64,000 nt of DNA from Candidatus Falkowbacteria bacterium (GTDB lineage: Bacteria > Patescibacteriota > Patescibacteriia > Patescibacteriales > UBA12465): positions 161,188 through 225,187 of the forward strand of contig JBAXJX010000001.1 in the NCBI GenBank assembly GCA_037137655.1, written 5' to 3'. The stretch's first letter is position 1. Each line of letters opens with the position of its first letter. The translations under genes and the position numbers were made by a program. Positions 46,508 through 54,891 of the stretch are shown one piece after another. The notes below the pieces were generated by a model. It did no database searches, was not told the DNA's origin, and was given only the letters and a program-made list of their open reading frames with translations.

Positions 46508-46536
46508 TTGACTTTTAGTATCTCCTCTTGTATACT
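46508..46536 (+). promoter_or_regulatory. near-consensus sigma70 promoter of rnpB
   Basis: TTGACT (46508-46513), 17 nt spacer, TATACT (46531-46536). The predicted transcription start at about 46543 matches the proposed P1 5' strand. Confidence 0.65.
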
Positions 46537-46542
46537 TTTTGT

Positions 46543-46960
46543 AGGCAAGTGGATGACTGCGCTGTTTTTAATTATTTATAATTAAAAACGGTGAGGAAAG
46601 TCCGGACTCCTATAGGACCTCGTCCTATAAAATGATAGTGGGTAATTCCCACCACTTGACCCTGGTCGCAAGATTTCGGTCGATTGAGGAAAGTGCCACA
46701 GAGACAATACTAACTCTATCTTTTTGATAGGGCGAAAGGTGAAAAGTTGCTTGGGTCGCAAGACTACAAGTTTGCTGCGTCAGTGATGGCGTATGTTGGT
46801 AAACCCTATCAGGGAGCAAGAGCAAAGCCGCGTAAAGCACTTCGTGCCACGCGGTAAAAAGTAGCTCGCCCGAGCCCACTAGTAATATTGGGCCTAGATA
46901 AATAGTCATACAGCTCGTCTTCGGATGGGTGGACAAAATCCGGCTTATAGCTTGCTCAAT
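46543..46960 (+). ncRNA. rnpB: RNase P RNA (bacterial type A); ends approximate
   Basis: Universal P4 strands: gaggaaagtccgg (46593-46605) and acaaaatccggcttat (46933-46948). A P3-like hairpin ttaatta-ttta-taattaa lies near the 5' end. 5' ggcaagt can pair with 3' gcttgct (P1, with G-U pairs). Confidence 0.85.
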
Positions 46961-47024
46961 TATTTTTTAATCGTCTTTTGGTTTTATATAAAATTAAATT
47001 TTATACTAAAAGACTTTTTGATAT

Positions 47025-48470
47025 ATGAAAAAATCCGAATTTGCTTTTTCTTTAGCGCTGATTCCAATCGATTTTTTAATGTTGGTTTTGGCAGCTGTTT
47101 CGGCTTACTATTTGCGTTTCACTGATGTGGCTACAGGAATTCGTCCAGTTATTTTTGGTTTTGATATGATGAGCTATTTAAAGATAGCCTTAATGGTAGC
47201 GCCAATTTGGATTGTGATGTTTGCGATTTCTGGTTTATATCGCATTTCTGGTCCACAAAAATTAGCTAAAGAAATTTACAAAGTTATTTCGGCTTGCTCT
47301 TTAGGTTTAGTAGCAGTTGTAATTTACATTTTTTTTCAACGGGAATTATTTAACTCTCGTTTTATTGTGATGGCCGCTTGGTTGTTCGCAATTCTTTATG
47401 TTAGTATTGCCCGAATCTTTGTTCGTTGGTTGCAACGCGCTATGTATCGTTATGGCGTTGGTGTGCATAAAATTATTTTGGTTGGCTATAGTAAGACAGC
47501 AGATAGTTTGGTTTATGAATTTTTTTCTCAAGCTAATTCTGGCTATGAAGTAGTTAAACGCGTTCGTGATTTTTCTTTGGAAACTGCGCAGGAGTTGGAT
47601 GAATTTATAAAAACTTATGAGGCTGGTGCTTTGGCGGGTAGTGATAATATTATTAATGAGATTATTCAAGCTGATCCAAATTTAAGCAAGGCGGAAATTT
47701 TACGCCTTTATGATTTTGCCAACGATCATCATTTAACCTTTAAATACGTAGCTGACCTTTTGGATGTGAAAGTTTTACGCACGGAAATCAGTGATATTGC
47801 TGGTATTCCAGTGGCTGAAGTGAAGCGCACAACCTTAGAAGGTTGGGGTGCGATTTCGAAGCGAATTTTTGATATCGTAGTTTCGGCAATTTTAATTATT
47901 TTATTGTCGCCAATTATTATTATCACTGCAATTATTATCAAAATTGATAGCCGTGGTCCAGTTTTCTTTTCTCGTCGTGACGATGGTTCATATTTATATC
48001 GTGTCGGCCAAGGTGGTCGTCCGTTTAAATATTTTAAATTTCGTTCCATGATTCCAGGTTCAGATAGTATGCGTTACAAAGAATTGGCGGATCGCAATTT
48101 GCGCGCCGATGGCCCGATGGTAAAAATTAAAGACGATCCTCGTGTCACTCGCTTTGGTAGTTTTATTCGTCGTTGGAGTATTGATGAATTATCGGAATTA
48201 TTTTTGGTGTTTATTGGTCGTATGAGTTTGGTTGGACCACGTCCGCATTTGCCGGAAGAAGTGGCTAAATACGAACAACATCACCGTAAAACTTTAACGA
48301 TTAAACCAGGTATTACTGGTTTAGCCCAAGTTTCTGGTCGGAGCGATTTAGCTTTTGAAGAAGAAGTAAAATTAGATGTTTACTATATTGAAAACTGGTC
48401 TTTATTGTTAGATTTGGCCATTTTATTAAAAACACCACTCGCGGTTATTCGTCATCGCAGTGCAGAATAA
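47025..48470 (+). CDS. polyprenyl glycosylphosphotransferase (WbaP/EPS sugar transferase family, large form with central Rossmann-like domain)
   Basis: Four or five N-terminal TM segments, then KRIFDIVVSAILIILLSPIIIITAIIIKIDSRGPVFF...FKYFKFRSM...IDELSELFLVFIGRMSLVGPRP. Confidence 0.85.
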   Translation: MKKSEFAFSLALIPIDFLMLVLAAVSAYYLRFTDVATGIRPVIFGFDMMSYLKIALMVAPIWIVMFAISGLYRISGPQKLAKEIYKVISACSLGLVAVVIYIFFQRELFNSRFIVMAAWLFAILYVSIARIFVRWLQRAMYRYGVGVHKIILVGYSKTADSLVYEFFSQANSGYEVVKRVRDFSLETAQELDEFIKTYEAGALAGSDNIINEIIQADPNLSKAEILRLYDFANDHHLTFKYVADLLDVKVLRTEISDIAGIPVAEVKRTTLEGWGAISKRIFDIVVSAILIILLSPIIIITAIIIKIDSRGPVFFSRRDDGSYLYRVGQGGRPFKYFKFRSMIPGSDSMRYKELADRNLRADGPMVKIKDDPRVTRFGSFIRRWSIDELSELFLVFIGRMSLVGPRPHLPEEVAKYEQHHRKTLTIKPGITGLAQVSGRSDLAFEEEVKLDVYYIENWSLLLDLAILLKTPLAVIRHRSAE

Positions 48471-48473
48471 TTT

Positions 48474-49637
48474 ATGAAAACAGCTTTAATTCATGATCAT
48501 TTAGCTCAAGATGGTGGTGCCGAAAGAGTTTTAAAAGTCTTTGCGGACATGTTTTCCGATGCGCCAATCTATACGTTGCTTTACGAAAAAAATAATACCG
48601 ATAAATATTATAAGGATCGTCGTATTGATGCTTCTATAATTCAAAGATTGCCGGGTGGCGTCAAACACTATCAATGGTATTTGCCATTCATGCCAATGGC
48701 GGTGGAGTTTTTTGATTTGTCAGATTATGATTTGGTAATTTCCGATACTAGCTCTTTTGCGAAAGGTGTTATTACTCAACCACACACTCTGCATATTTGT
48801 TATTGTCACACCCCAACTCGTTATTTGTGGAGTGACACACATCAATACATTAACGAATTAAAGTATAATAAATTTTTTAAGAAAATTATTGCCCTCGCTT
48901 TAACTCGAATTAGAATCTGGGATCGCTTGGCGGCCGATCGGGTTGATTTATTTATTGCCAATTCCAAAACGGTGCAAGAGCGCATTACTAAATATTATCG
49001 TCGGGACAGTGTGGTAATTTATCCACCAGTGGAAACTGAAACTTTTAGCATTGCTTTAAGCGATCCATTTAAAAATGATGATAAATATTTTTTGGCTGGC
49101 TGTCGTTTAGCGCCGTATAAGAGAATTGATATTATCATTGAAGCTTTTTTAGCTTTAGGAAGTGATTATAAATTAAAGATCTTCGGTGATGGCGTCGACA
49201 TGGAACGTTTAATGAAAATTGCTGGACCAGATGCTAAAAATATTGAATTTTTAGGTCGCGTGACTGATGAGGAAAAAGCGGTCTTATATCAAAATGCCTT
49301 AGCTTTTATTAATCCACAAGAAGAAGATTTTGGTATTATCCCGGTCGAAGCGATGGCTGCCGGTCGTCCAGTTTTAGCCTATCGTCGTGGTGGTCTAACA
49401 GAAACAGTAGAAGAGAATGTCAGTGGATTATTTTTTGACGAACAGAGCTCGGTCGCCATTAAAAATATGGTGCAAGATTTTTACGATGGAACAATTTCCG
49501 GAAAATATAAATGGGACTCTAAATTAATTCGCGAGCGCGCGGAAAGATTCTCGGTGCAAAATTTTAAAGATGCGATAAAAGAATTTATCAATAAAAACCT
49601 GGATCCCCGCCTACGCGAGGATGACAATTCTAAATAA
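48474..49637 (+). CDS. glycosyltransferase family 4 (GT-B)
   Basis: Motifs: HDHLAQDGGAERV, EEDFGIIPVEAMAAGRPVLA (E-x7-E). The last 13 codons are supplied by the 28-bp palindromic element. Confidence 0.8.
   Translation: MKTALIHDHLAQDGGAERVLKVFADMFSDAPIYTLLYEKNNTDKYYKDRRIDASIIQRLPGGVKHYQWYLPFMPMAVEFFDLSDYDLVISDTSSFAKGVITQPHTLHICYCHTPTRYLWSDTHQYINELKYNKFFKKIIALALTRIRIWDRLAADRVDLFIANSKTVQERITKYYRRDSVVIYPPVETETFSIALSDPFKNDDKYFLAGCRLAPYKRIDIIIEAFLALGSDYKLKIFGDGVDMERLMKIAGPDAKNIEFLGRVTDEEKAVLYQNALAFINPQEEDFGIIPVEAMAAGRPVLAYRRGGLTETVEENVSGLFFDEQSSVAIKNMVQDFYDGTISGKYKWDSKLIRERAERFSVQNFKDAIKEFINKNLDPRLREDDNSK
49598..49625. repeat. 28-bp REP-like palindromic element, copy 2 (inside the 3' end of a CDS)
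   Basis: cctggatccccgccTacgcgaggatgac. Matches 18377-18404 at 27 of 28 positions and is translated as (N)LDPRLREDD. Confidence 0.8.
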
Positions 49638-49639
49638 AT

Positions 49640-50800
49640 ATGAAAATTGGCATCGACATTAGAACTTTAATGGATAAGCACTACAGTGGAGTGTCGGAAT
49701 ATACTTTTAATTTGCTTAATTATTTAATGGCGCAGGATACTAAAAATGATTATGCGTTATTCTATAATTCTTTCCGTGATATTTCATCGCGCATGCCCCA
49801 ATTTACTTCACCGAAAGTTAAGGTAATTCATTCGACTTATCCGAATAAGATATTTAATTATCTTTTACAAAAGTTTTTAAAACAACCAAAGGTTGATGAA
49901 ATTATTGGTGGTTGTGATATTTTTTTAAGTCCGCATATTAATTTTTTGGCTTTATCGCCGTATTGTAAAAAAGTAATAACGATTCATGATCTGTCATTTT
50001 TACGTTACCCAGAATTTTTTTCGCGGCGCAAAAATTTTTGGCACAAAAGTATTCGCGTGGAAAAAATGATTTCTAAGTTTGATAAAATTGTAGCTGTGTC
50101 GGAGAATACTAAAAATGATTTAATTGAACTGTGTGATGTGCCGGCCGAAAAAATCCAAGTTATTTATTCCGGCTTGGCGCCAGAGTATAAAGTTTTAAGC
50201 AAAGATGATCCTCGCTTAAAAACGGTGCGCGCTAAATATGATTTGCCGGCGGAATTTATTTTGTATTTGGGTAATATTGAACCACGGAAAAATATTGCTG
50301 GATTAATTCGAGCGTATAATACTTTTCGGGGTGAGCATCCAGAATTATCAGCGGTAAAATTAATAATTGCCGGTGCGACCGGTTGGCGAATTAAAGAAAC
50401 TTTTACTGAATTACACAATTCACCTTATTTGGCGGATATAAAATTCTTGGGTTATGTTGATCGAGAGGATAAAGTATTTTTATATAACTGTGCTAAAATT
50501 TTTGTTTACCCGTCGTTTTACGAGGGTTTTGGTTTTCCACCGCTCGAAGCGATGGCTTGCGGCGTGCCGGTAGTGACTAGTAATATTTCTAGTCTGCCGG
50601 AAATTGTGGGCGCAGCGGCGATGACGGTTGATCCCAATAATATTAATGCCATTGCTGAGGCGATGGCGGAAGTTTTAAAAACACCCGATCTATATAATGC
50701 TCTAGCGGCGCGGGGCGTGGAACGAGCGCAAGAATTTGATTGGAATAAAACAGCTGCTAAGTATTTAGAATTATTTACTGGAATGCAGCGACCAAAATAA
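49640..50800 (+). CDS. glycosyltransferase family 4 (mannosyltransferase-like GT-B)
   Basis: Motifs: LGNIEPRKN, PSFYEGFGFPPLEAMACGVPVVTS (E-x7-E). Confidence 0.8.
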   Translation: MKIGIDIRTLMDKHYSGVSEYTFNLLNYLMAQDTKNDYALFYNSFRDISSRMPQFTSPKVKVIHSTYPNKIFNYLLQKFLKQPKVDEIIGGCDIFLSPHINFLALSPYCKKVITIHDLSFLRYPEFFSRRKNFWHKSIRVEKMISKFDKIVAVSENTKNDLIELCDVPAEKIQVIYSGLAPEYKVLSKDDPRLKTVRAKYDLPAEFILYLGNIEPRKNIAGLIRAYNTFRGEHPELSAVKLIIAGATGWRIKETFTELHNSPYLADIKFLGYVDREDKVFLYNCAKIFVYPSFYEGFGFPPLEAMACGVPVVTSNISSLPEIVGAAAMTVDPNNINAIAEAMAEVLKTPDLYNALAARGVERAQEFDWNKTAAKYLELFTGMQRPK

Positions 50801-51888
50801 TGAAAAAAAGTAAAGGTAAAGTTTTAATGGCGATGTCTGGCGGAGTTGATTCTTCGGTGGCCGCTCAATTGTTAAAAGACCAAGGCTATGATGTCGTGGG
50901 TATTTTTTTGCATTTTTGGAAAGATGAAACTGCTCCGGAAAATGTCGCGGAAAATAAATGTTGTTCACTTCAAGCTTTGCTTGATGCTAAAACGGTGGCC
51001 CAAAAAGTTGGCGTCCCGCTGCACACTTTTAATTTTTCCGATCCGTTTAAACGGGAAGTGGTGGATTATTTTTTGGAAGATTATAAATGTGGCAAGACAC
51101 CGAACCCATGCGTGATGTGTAACCGTAAAATTAAAATTGGACGATTACTTGAATATGCTAAAGGTTTAGGTTTTGATTACGTTGCCACTGGACATTATTT
51201 AAATGTTAAAAGAGTTGGTAAAAAAACTAAAGTTTATAAAGCTAAAGATAAAAATAAAGATCAGTCATATTTCTTGTACACTTTTACGCCGGAGCAGTGG
51301 AGTCATTTAATGTTCCCGCTGGGTAATTATACTAAGCCACAAGTTCGGGTGATGGCGAAAAAATTTAAGTTGCCGGTGGCCGAGAAAAGTGATAGTCAGG
51401 AAATTTGTTTTATTCCTGGCAAGCACCATAATGATTTCTTGAAGCGCTATCTAAAAATGAAAGCGGGCGATATTAAATTGATTGATGAAGATAATAAAAT
51501 TATTGGCCGTCATCAAGGCTTACCGCTGTATACTATCGGCCAACGTCGGGGCGTGGAAATTGGCGGTGATGGACCGTATTATGTGGCTAAATTTGATTGG
51601 AAGAAAAATGATTTGTACGTCGTGCGTAAATTCGACGATCCAGTTTTCTTCGGTCAAGAGCTCGTTGCCAGTGATGTAAACTGGATTTCTGGTCAAGAAC
51701 CAAAGATGCCGTTTAAATGCGAGGCAGTGATTCGTTATCGTCATGCAGCTGTGAAATGTACTGTTACCAAAAATAGTACAGGGAATTACGCTGTACAATT
51801 TGCCGCACCACAACGAGCGATTACGCCCGGACAGAGCATTGTTTTCTATAAAGGCGAGGAAATGCTTGGCGGGGGAATTATTGCATAG
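50800..51888 (+). CDS. mnmA: tRNA 2-thiouridine(34) synthase
   Basis: Motifs: VLMAMSGGVDSSVAA PP-loop, NPCVMCNRKIKIG, DQSYFL. 362 aa. Its start overlaps the upstream stop (TAATG). Confidence 0.92.
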   Translation: MKKSKGKVLMAMSGGVDSSVAAQLLKDQGYDVVGIFLHFWKDETAPENVAENKCCSLQALLDAKTVAQKVGVPLHTFNFSDPFKREVVDYFLEDYKCGKTPNPCVMCNRKIKIGRLLEYAKGLGFDYVATGHYLNVKRVGKKTKVYKAKDKNKDQSYFLYTFTPEQWSHLMFPLGNYTKPQVRVMAKKFKLPVAEKSDSQEICFIPGKHHNDFLKRYLKMKAGDIKLIDEDNKIIGRHQGLPLYTIGQRRGVEIGGDGPYYVAKFDWKKNDLYVVRKFDDPVFFGQELVASDVNWISGQEPKMPFKCEAVIRYRHAAVKCTVTKNSTGNYAVQFAAPQRAITPGQSIVFYKGEEMLGGGIIA

Positions 51889-51890
51889 AA

Positions 51891-51919
51891 TTGACACTTT
51901 TACATAATCGTGATTTAAT
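51891..51919 (+). promoter_or_regulatory. sigma70-type promoter of ORFan gene A
   Basis: TTGACA (51891-51896), 17 nt spacer, TTTAAT (51914-51919). AGGAGG at 51980-51985, 5 nt before the ATG. Confidence 0.5.
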
Positions 51920-51990
51920 CATATATCACCCAATTTCGCCGGGAAGTGCGAAAATAGTTTTTTAAAAATTTGTAAAAATAGGAGGTCATC

Positions 51991-52638
51991 ATGGCTACTA
52001 AACAACAAATTCCTGTCTTAGCTGCTCGATTAGTAGAATTTCAGGAGGGTTTTTACGATCTGCCCAATGAAGATGCACAATGGGCTATAATGCATGCCAA
52101 AGAGGCAGTGCGATTGTGTGTTAGTGTTATTAAAAATCGTCACAAGGTGCAGACTGTAAGTAATAATATCACTTGCTCTATTGATATCCGTGTTACGCCT
52201 GAAAAATTCATTGCCAAAGAAAGATTTGTGGTTGATACTAGCGAAACAGCCAGAATAAAGATTTCTTATCTTGGTAGGAATTTCATAGATTGGTTTGGGG
52301 AAAAAATCGAAGATTCTTTTCCTGGAAGCTCGATCGTTGGTCGTAAGCTAATTGAAAGCTCACTTGATACTCAAATTATAAATGAGTTAGGTGGTGAGAG
52401 ATTTGCTGAAACAACTTTAATGGAAATTAATACTGCAATGTGGCGACAGGCCAATGGCGAATTCGGCGAATTATCGACAAAAGGTGAGCATAATGTCTTT
52501 TATGTAAGAGATGTTAAGGGTATTCTTCGCACTGTTTCTGTGTATTGGGATCCTATTGCTTGTTGGTGTGTGGACGCTGTTTCGATTGATAGTTTTTTTG
52601 GCCATGATGCTGGTTGTCGTGTTTTTTCACGCGAGTAA
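51991..52638 (+). CDS. hypothetical protein (ORFan A, 215 aa)
   Basis: Long ORF with a canonical AGGAGG Shine-Dalgarno. No signal peptide or TM segment and no motif I recognise. Ends ...VFYVRDVKGILRTVSVYWDPIACWCVDAV...GCRVFSRE. Confidence 0.6.
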   Translation: MATKQQIPVLAARLVEFQEGFYDLPNEDAQWAIMHAKEAVRLCVSVIKNRHKVQTVSNNITCSIDIRVTPEKFIAKERFVVDTSETARIKISYLGRNFIDWFGEKIEDSFPGSSIVGRKLIESSLDTQIINELGGERFAETTLMEINTAMWRQANGEFGELSTKGEHNVFYVRDVKGILRTVSVYWDPIACWCVDAVSIDSFFGHDAGCRVFSRE

Positions 52639-52680
52639 TTAGTCTTGGCGGTCTTTTAAACCTTGATCTTTTTCTCTTTA

Positions 52681-52731
52681 ATCCCTTGAATTATCAGAAC
52701 TTAATGTTCTGGAGATTCGAGGGATTTTTTA
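52681..52731 (+). terminator. long-hairpin rho-independent terminator after ORFan A
   Basis: atcccttgaa ... ttcgagggat outer stem (9/10 pairs) with an inner cagaac/gttctg stem, followed by tttttt. Confidence 0.7.
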
Positions 52732-52760
52732 TTGACAAATTATAAATATTATAGTTAAAT
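52732..52760 (+). promoter_or_regulatory. sigma70-type promoter of ORFan gene B
   Basis: TTGACA (52732-52737), 17 nt spacer, TTAAAT (52755-52760). GGAGG at 52800-52804, 7 nt before the ATG. Confidence 0.5.
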
Positions 52761-52811
52761 AATAGTGGTACATAAAAAATAAAATATAAAAATGAGAAGG
52801 GAGGTAAAATA

Positions 52812-53375
52812 ATGGAGATAAGTACTCTGCAATTTGACAGCTTGCTTGATGCAATAGAAAAAAATAATATATCTATTGATGATGCGGTTAGCGTTATTTG
52901 TGGCAAGATTATTGCTTCAAAAATTTACGCCGACAAAAAAGGATTTTTTCGCTTAGTGGTTGATTACAATTTGAGTGTTAATGAGATGATCGATAATTGT
53001 GGCTATTGTGATGTTTCTTTTCAGCCATCACAGTCAATTTTAATGAAAAAAAATATCATTGAAGTGTTACAGGCCCGTTTATTTATTTTTAATGCGAACA
53101 TGACATCGGATGATGTGGTTATTTTTATGAAAGATTGTGCTTGCCATCCGGCCAACTTTGCGGAACTTTTAGCTTTAATCACTATTCTTAGTGGTGATAT
53201 TGATTCCTCGATAATTGCTTTAACCACGAGATGGGGTGCTAGTGATAATTCTCAGGTCTCAGTATTTCATCAAAGAAGCGGTGAACGCAAGCTGTGCTTA
53301 TATGATTACAATACTAATTGGTCCTCTAAGCGCTGCATATTCTTAGGAATTATGGATACGCAAGTTCCAAAATAA
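52812..53375 (+). CDS. hypothetical protein (ORFan B, 187 aa)
   Basis: Long ORF with a GGGAGG Shine-Dalgarno. Cys-rich, with no signal peptide or TM segment and no motif I recognise. Confidence 0.6.
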   Translation: MEISTLQFDSLLDAIEKNNISIDDAVSVICGKIIASKIYADKKGFFRLVVDYNLSVNEMIDNCGYCDVSFQPSQSILMKKNIIEVLQARLFIFNANMTSDDVVIFMKDCACHPANFAELLALITILSGDIDSSIIALTTRWGASDNSQVSVFHQRSGERKLCLYDYNTNWSSKRCIFLGIMDTQVPK

Positions 53376-53405
53376 CTGTGTCACAAGTGGCACAGTTTTT
53401 TATTT
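53374..53405 (+). terminator. rho-independent terminator after ORFan B
   Basis: aactgtgtcac..gtggcacagtt hairpin followed by tttttatttttt. It overlaps the stop codon. Confidence 0.75.
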
Positions 53406-53474
53406 TTTTACACCCTTGACTATTACAGTGGTTTTCCGCTATCATTTAGTTATTGTTGTAAAAACAAGAGATTA

Positions 53475-53558
53475 GCCGCGATGGCGGAATTGGTAGACGC
53501 GCACGACTCAAACTCGTGTGGTAGTGATATCATGAGAGTTCGATTCTCTCTCGCGGCA
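53475..53558 (+). tRNA. tRNA-Leu (anticodon CAA), class II with long variable arm; CCA not encoded
   Basis: Acceptor gccgcga/tcgcggc plus discriminator a. D arm gcgg-aattggtaga-cgc. Anticodon stem cacga/tcgtg with loop ctCAAac. Long variable arm. T arm gagag-ttcgatt-ctctc. Confidence 0.9.
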
Positions 53559-53565
53559 CACAAAA

Positions 53566-53594
53566 AAGACTCTGGCTTAAACCAGGGTCTTTTG
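53566..53594 (+). terminator. rho-independent terminator after tRNA-Leu
   Basis: agactctgg-cttaaa-ccagggtct followed by tttt. Confidence 0.65.
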
Positions 53595-53631
53595 TTATAA
53601 TAATGATGTAAAAATTAAGCATAAAAAATAT

Positions 53632-54060
53632 ATGGATTGTGTCTTTTGTAAAATAATTAGCGGGGAATTTGATGCGAGCAAGGTCTATGAGGATGATGAT
53701 ATTTTGGCGTTTTTAGATATTCATCCAGTTAATCCAGGGCAAGTTTTAGTGATTCCTAAAGTTCATATCGATCATTTTATTGATGTTCCAGATAAGTTAG
53801 CAGATAAGATTTTTGAGATTGGTCGAATATTGGGACGAAAAATAATGACGGAATTAAAACCACATCGTGTCGGTTTTGTGATTAATGGCTATGGTGTGCC
53901 GCATGCTCATTTGATTGTGGTGCCATTAAAAGATCTGGGTGATATTACTAGTGCTAAAATGGCGGAAATTGAAAACGGCAAAATTGTCTTTAAAGACAGT
54001 AATTTACCAGTCCCGAGTCGAGAAAAATTGGATGAAATCGCTGGGTTGTTAAAGTTGTAA
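53632..54060 (+). CDS. HIT (histidine triad) family protein with an atypical triad
   Basis: Begins MDCVFCKIISGE...VYEDDDILAFLDIHPVNPGQVLVIPKVH. The triad region reads GVPHAHLIVVP (H-x-H-x-I rather than H-x-H-x-H). Confidence 0.75.
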   Translation: MDCVFCKIISGEFDASKVYEDDDILAFLDIHPVNPGQVLVIPKVHIDHFIDVPDKLADKIFEIGRILGRKIMTELKPHRVGFVINGYGVPHAHLIVVPLKDLGDITSAKMAEIENGKIVFKDSNLPVPSREKLDEIAGLLKL

Positions 54061-54099
54061 ATCATGGTATAATAAGCTTATTATAATAATCTCAGAAAC

Positions 54100-54885
54100 A
54101 TGGGAAAAATCATATCAGTTGTTAATCAAAAAGGTGGGGTCGGGAAGACAACCACTGCGATAAATCTGGGCTCCGGCTTGGCGGCTTTAGGTAAACAAGT
54201 TTTGTTGGTGGATATTGATCCGCAAGGAAATGCTACTTCTGGTGTTGGCGTTGATCATCATAAATTGACCGATGGAATTTATGACGCCATGGTGGGAAAT
54301 AAAACTATTTTTGACATCATTAAACGCACGGTCGAAAAAAATTATTATATTGCACCGGCTACTTCATCGCTCGCTGGCGCTTCAGTAGAATTGGTTAATA
54401 TTGAAAACCGGGAATTTCGTTTAATGAACTTACTCAATAGTGTCCGCGATGAATATGATTATATTATCGTTGATGGTCCACCATCCCTTGGTTTACTAAC
54501 TGTTAATTCTTTGGTGGCGGCTGATGAAATTTTAATTCCGATTCAAAGTGAATATTATGCTTTGGAGGGCCTTAGCCAATTACTGGAAACAATTTATTTA
54601 ATTCAAAATAATTTGAAACCGAATTTGCGCATCATGGGCGCCGTTATTACGATGTTTGATAAACGTAATCGTTTGTCTGGTTTGATTAAAAATGAGATTC
54701 ACCAATATTTTCCCAATCATGTTTTTAACTCTATTATTCCGCGCAACGTTCGCTTAGCGGAAGCACCAAGTTATGGTCGCACGATTTTACAATATGACAA
54801 ATTTTCAGCCGGGGCTAAGGCTTACGAAGATTTAGCGGCTGAGGTTATTGCCCTTGATGAAAAACAAGATTTAAATAATAAATAA
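54100..54885 (+). CDS. parA: chromosome partitioning ATPase ParA/Soj
   Basis: Motifs: VNQKGGVGKTTTAINL deviant Walker A, VDIDPQGNATSG, IIVDGPPSLG. Confidence 0.92.
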   Translation: MGKIISVVNQKGGVGKTTTAINLGSGLAALGKQVLLVDIDPQGNATSGVGVDHHKLTDGIYDAMVGNKTIFDIIKRTVEKNYYIAPATSSLAGASVELVNIENREFRLMNLLNSVRDEYDYIIVDGPPSLGLLTVNSLVAADEILIPIQSEYYALEGLSQLLETIYLIQNNLKPNLRIMGAVITMFDKRNRLSGLIKNEIHQYFPNHVFNSIIPRNVRLAEAPSYGRTILQYDKFSAGAKAYEDLAAEVIALDEKQDLNNK

Positions 54886-54891
54886 AAAAAT

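Noticed and set aside
46625-47125. Track ORFs 46625..46936 (-) and 46925..47125 (+).
   Set aside because: They lie within or across the RNase P RNA gene and its 3' flank. The sequence is better explained by the conserved P4 and other rnpB motifs.
51889-53600. An integrated mobile element at tRNA-Leu (integrase, att direct repeats).
   Set aside because: There is no integrase or recombinase ORF. I could not find a direct repeat of the tRNA 3' end upstream of the islet. The islet is therefore reported only as compositionally or signal-wise atypical, not as a defined mobile element.
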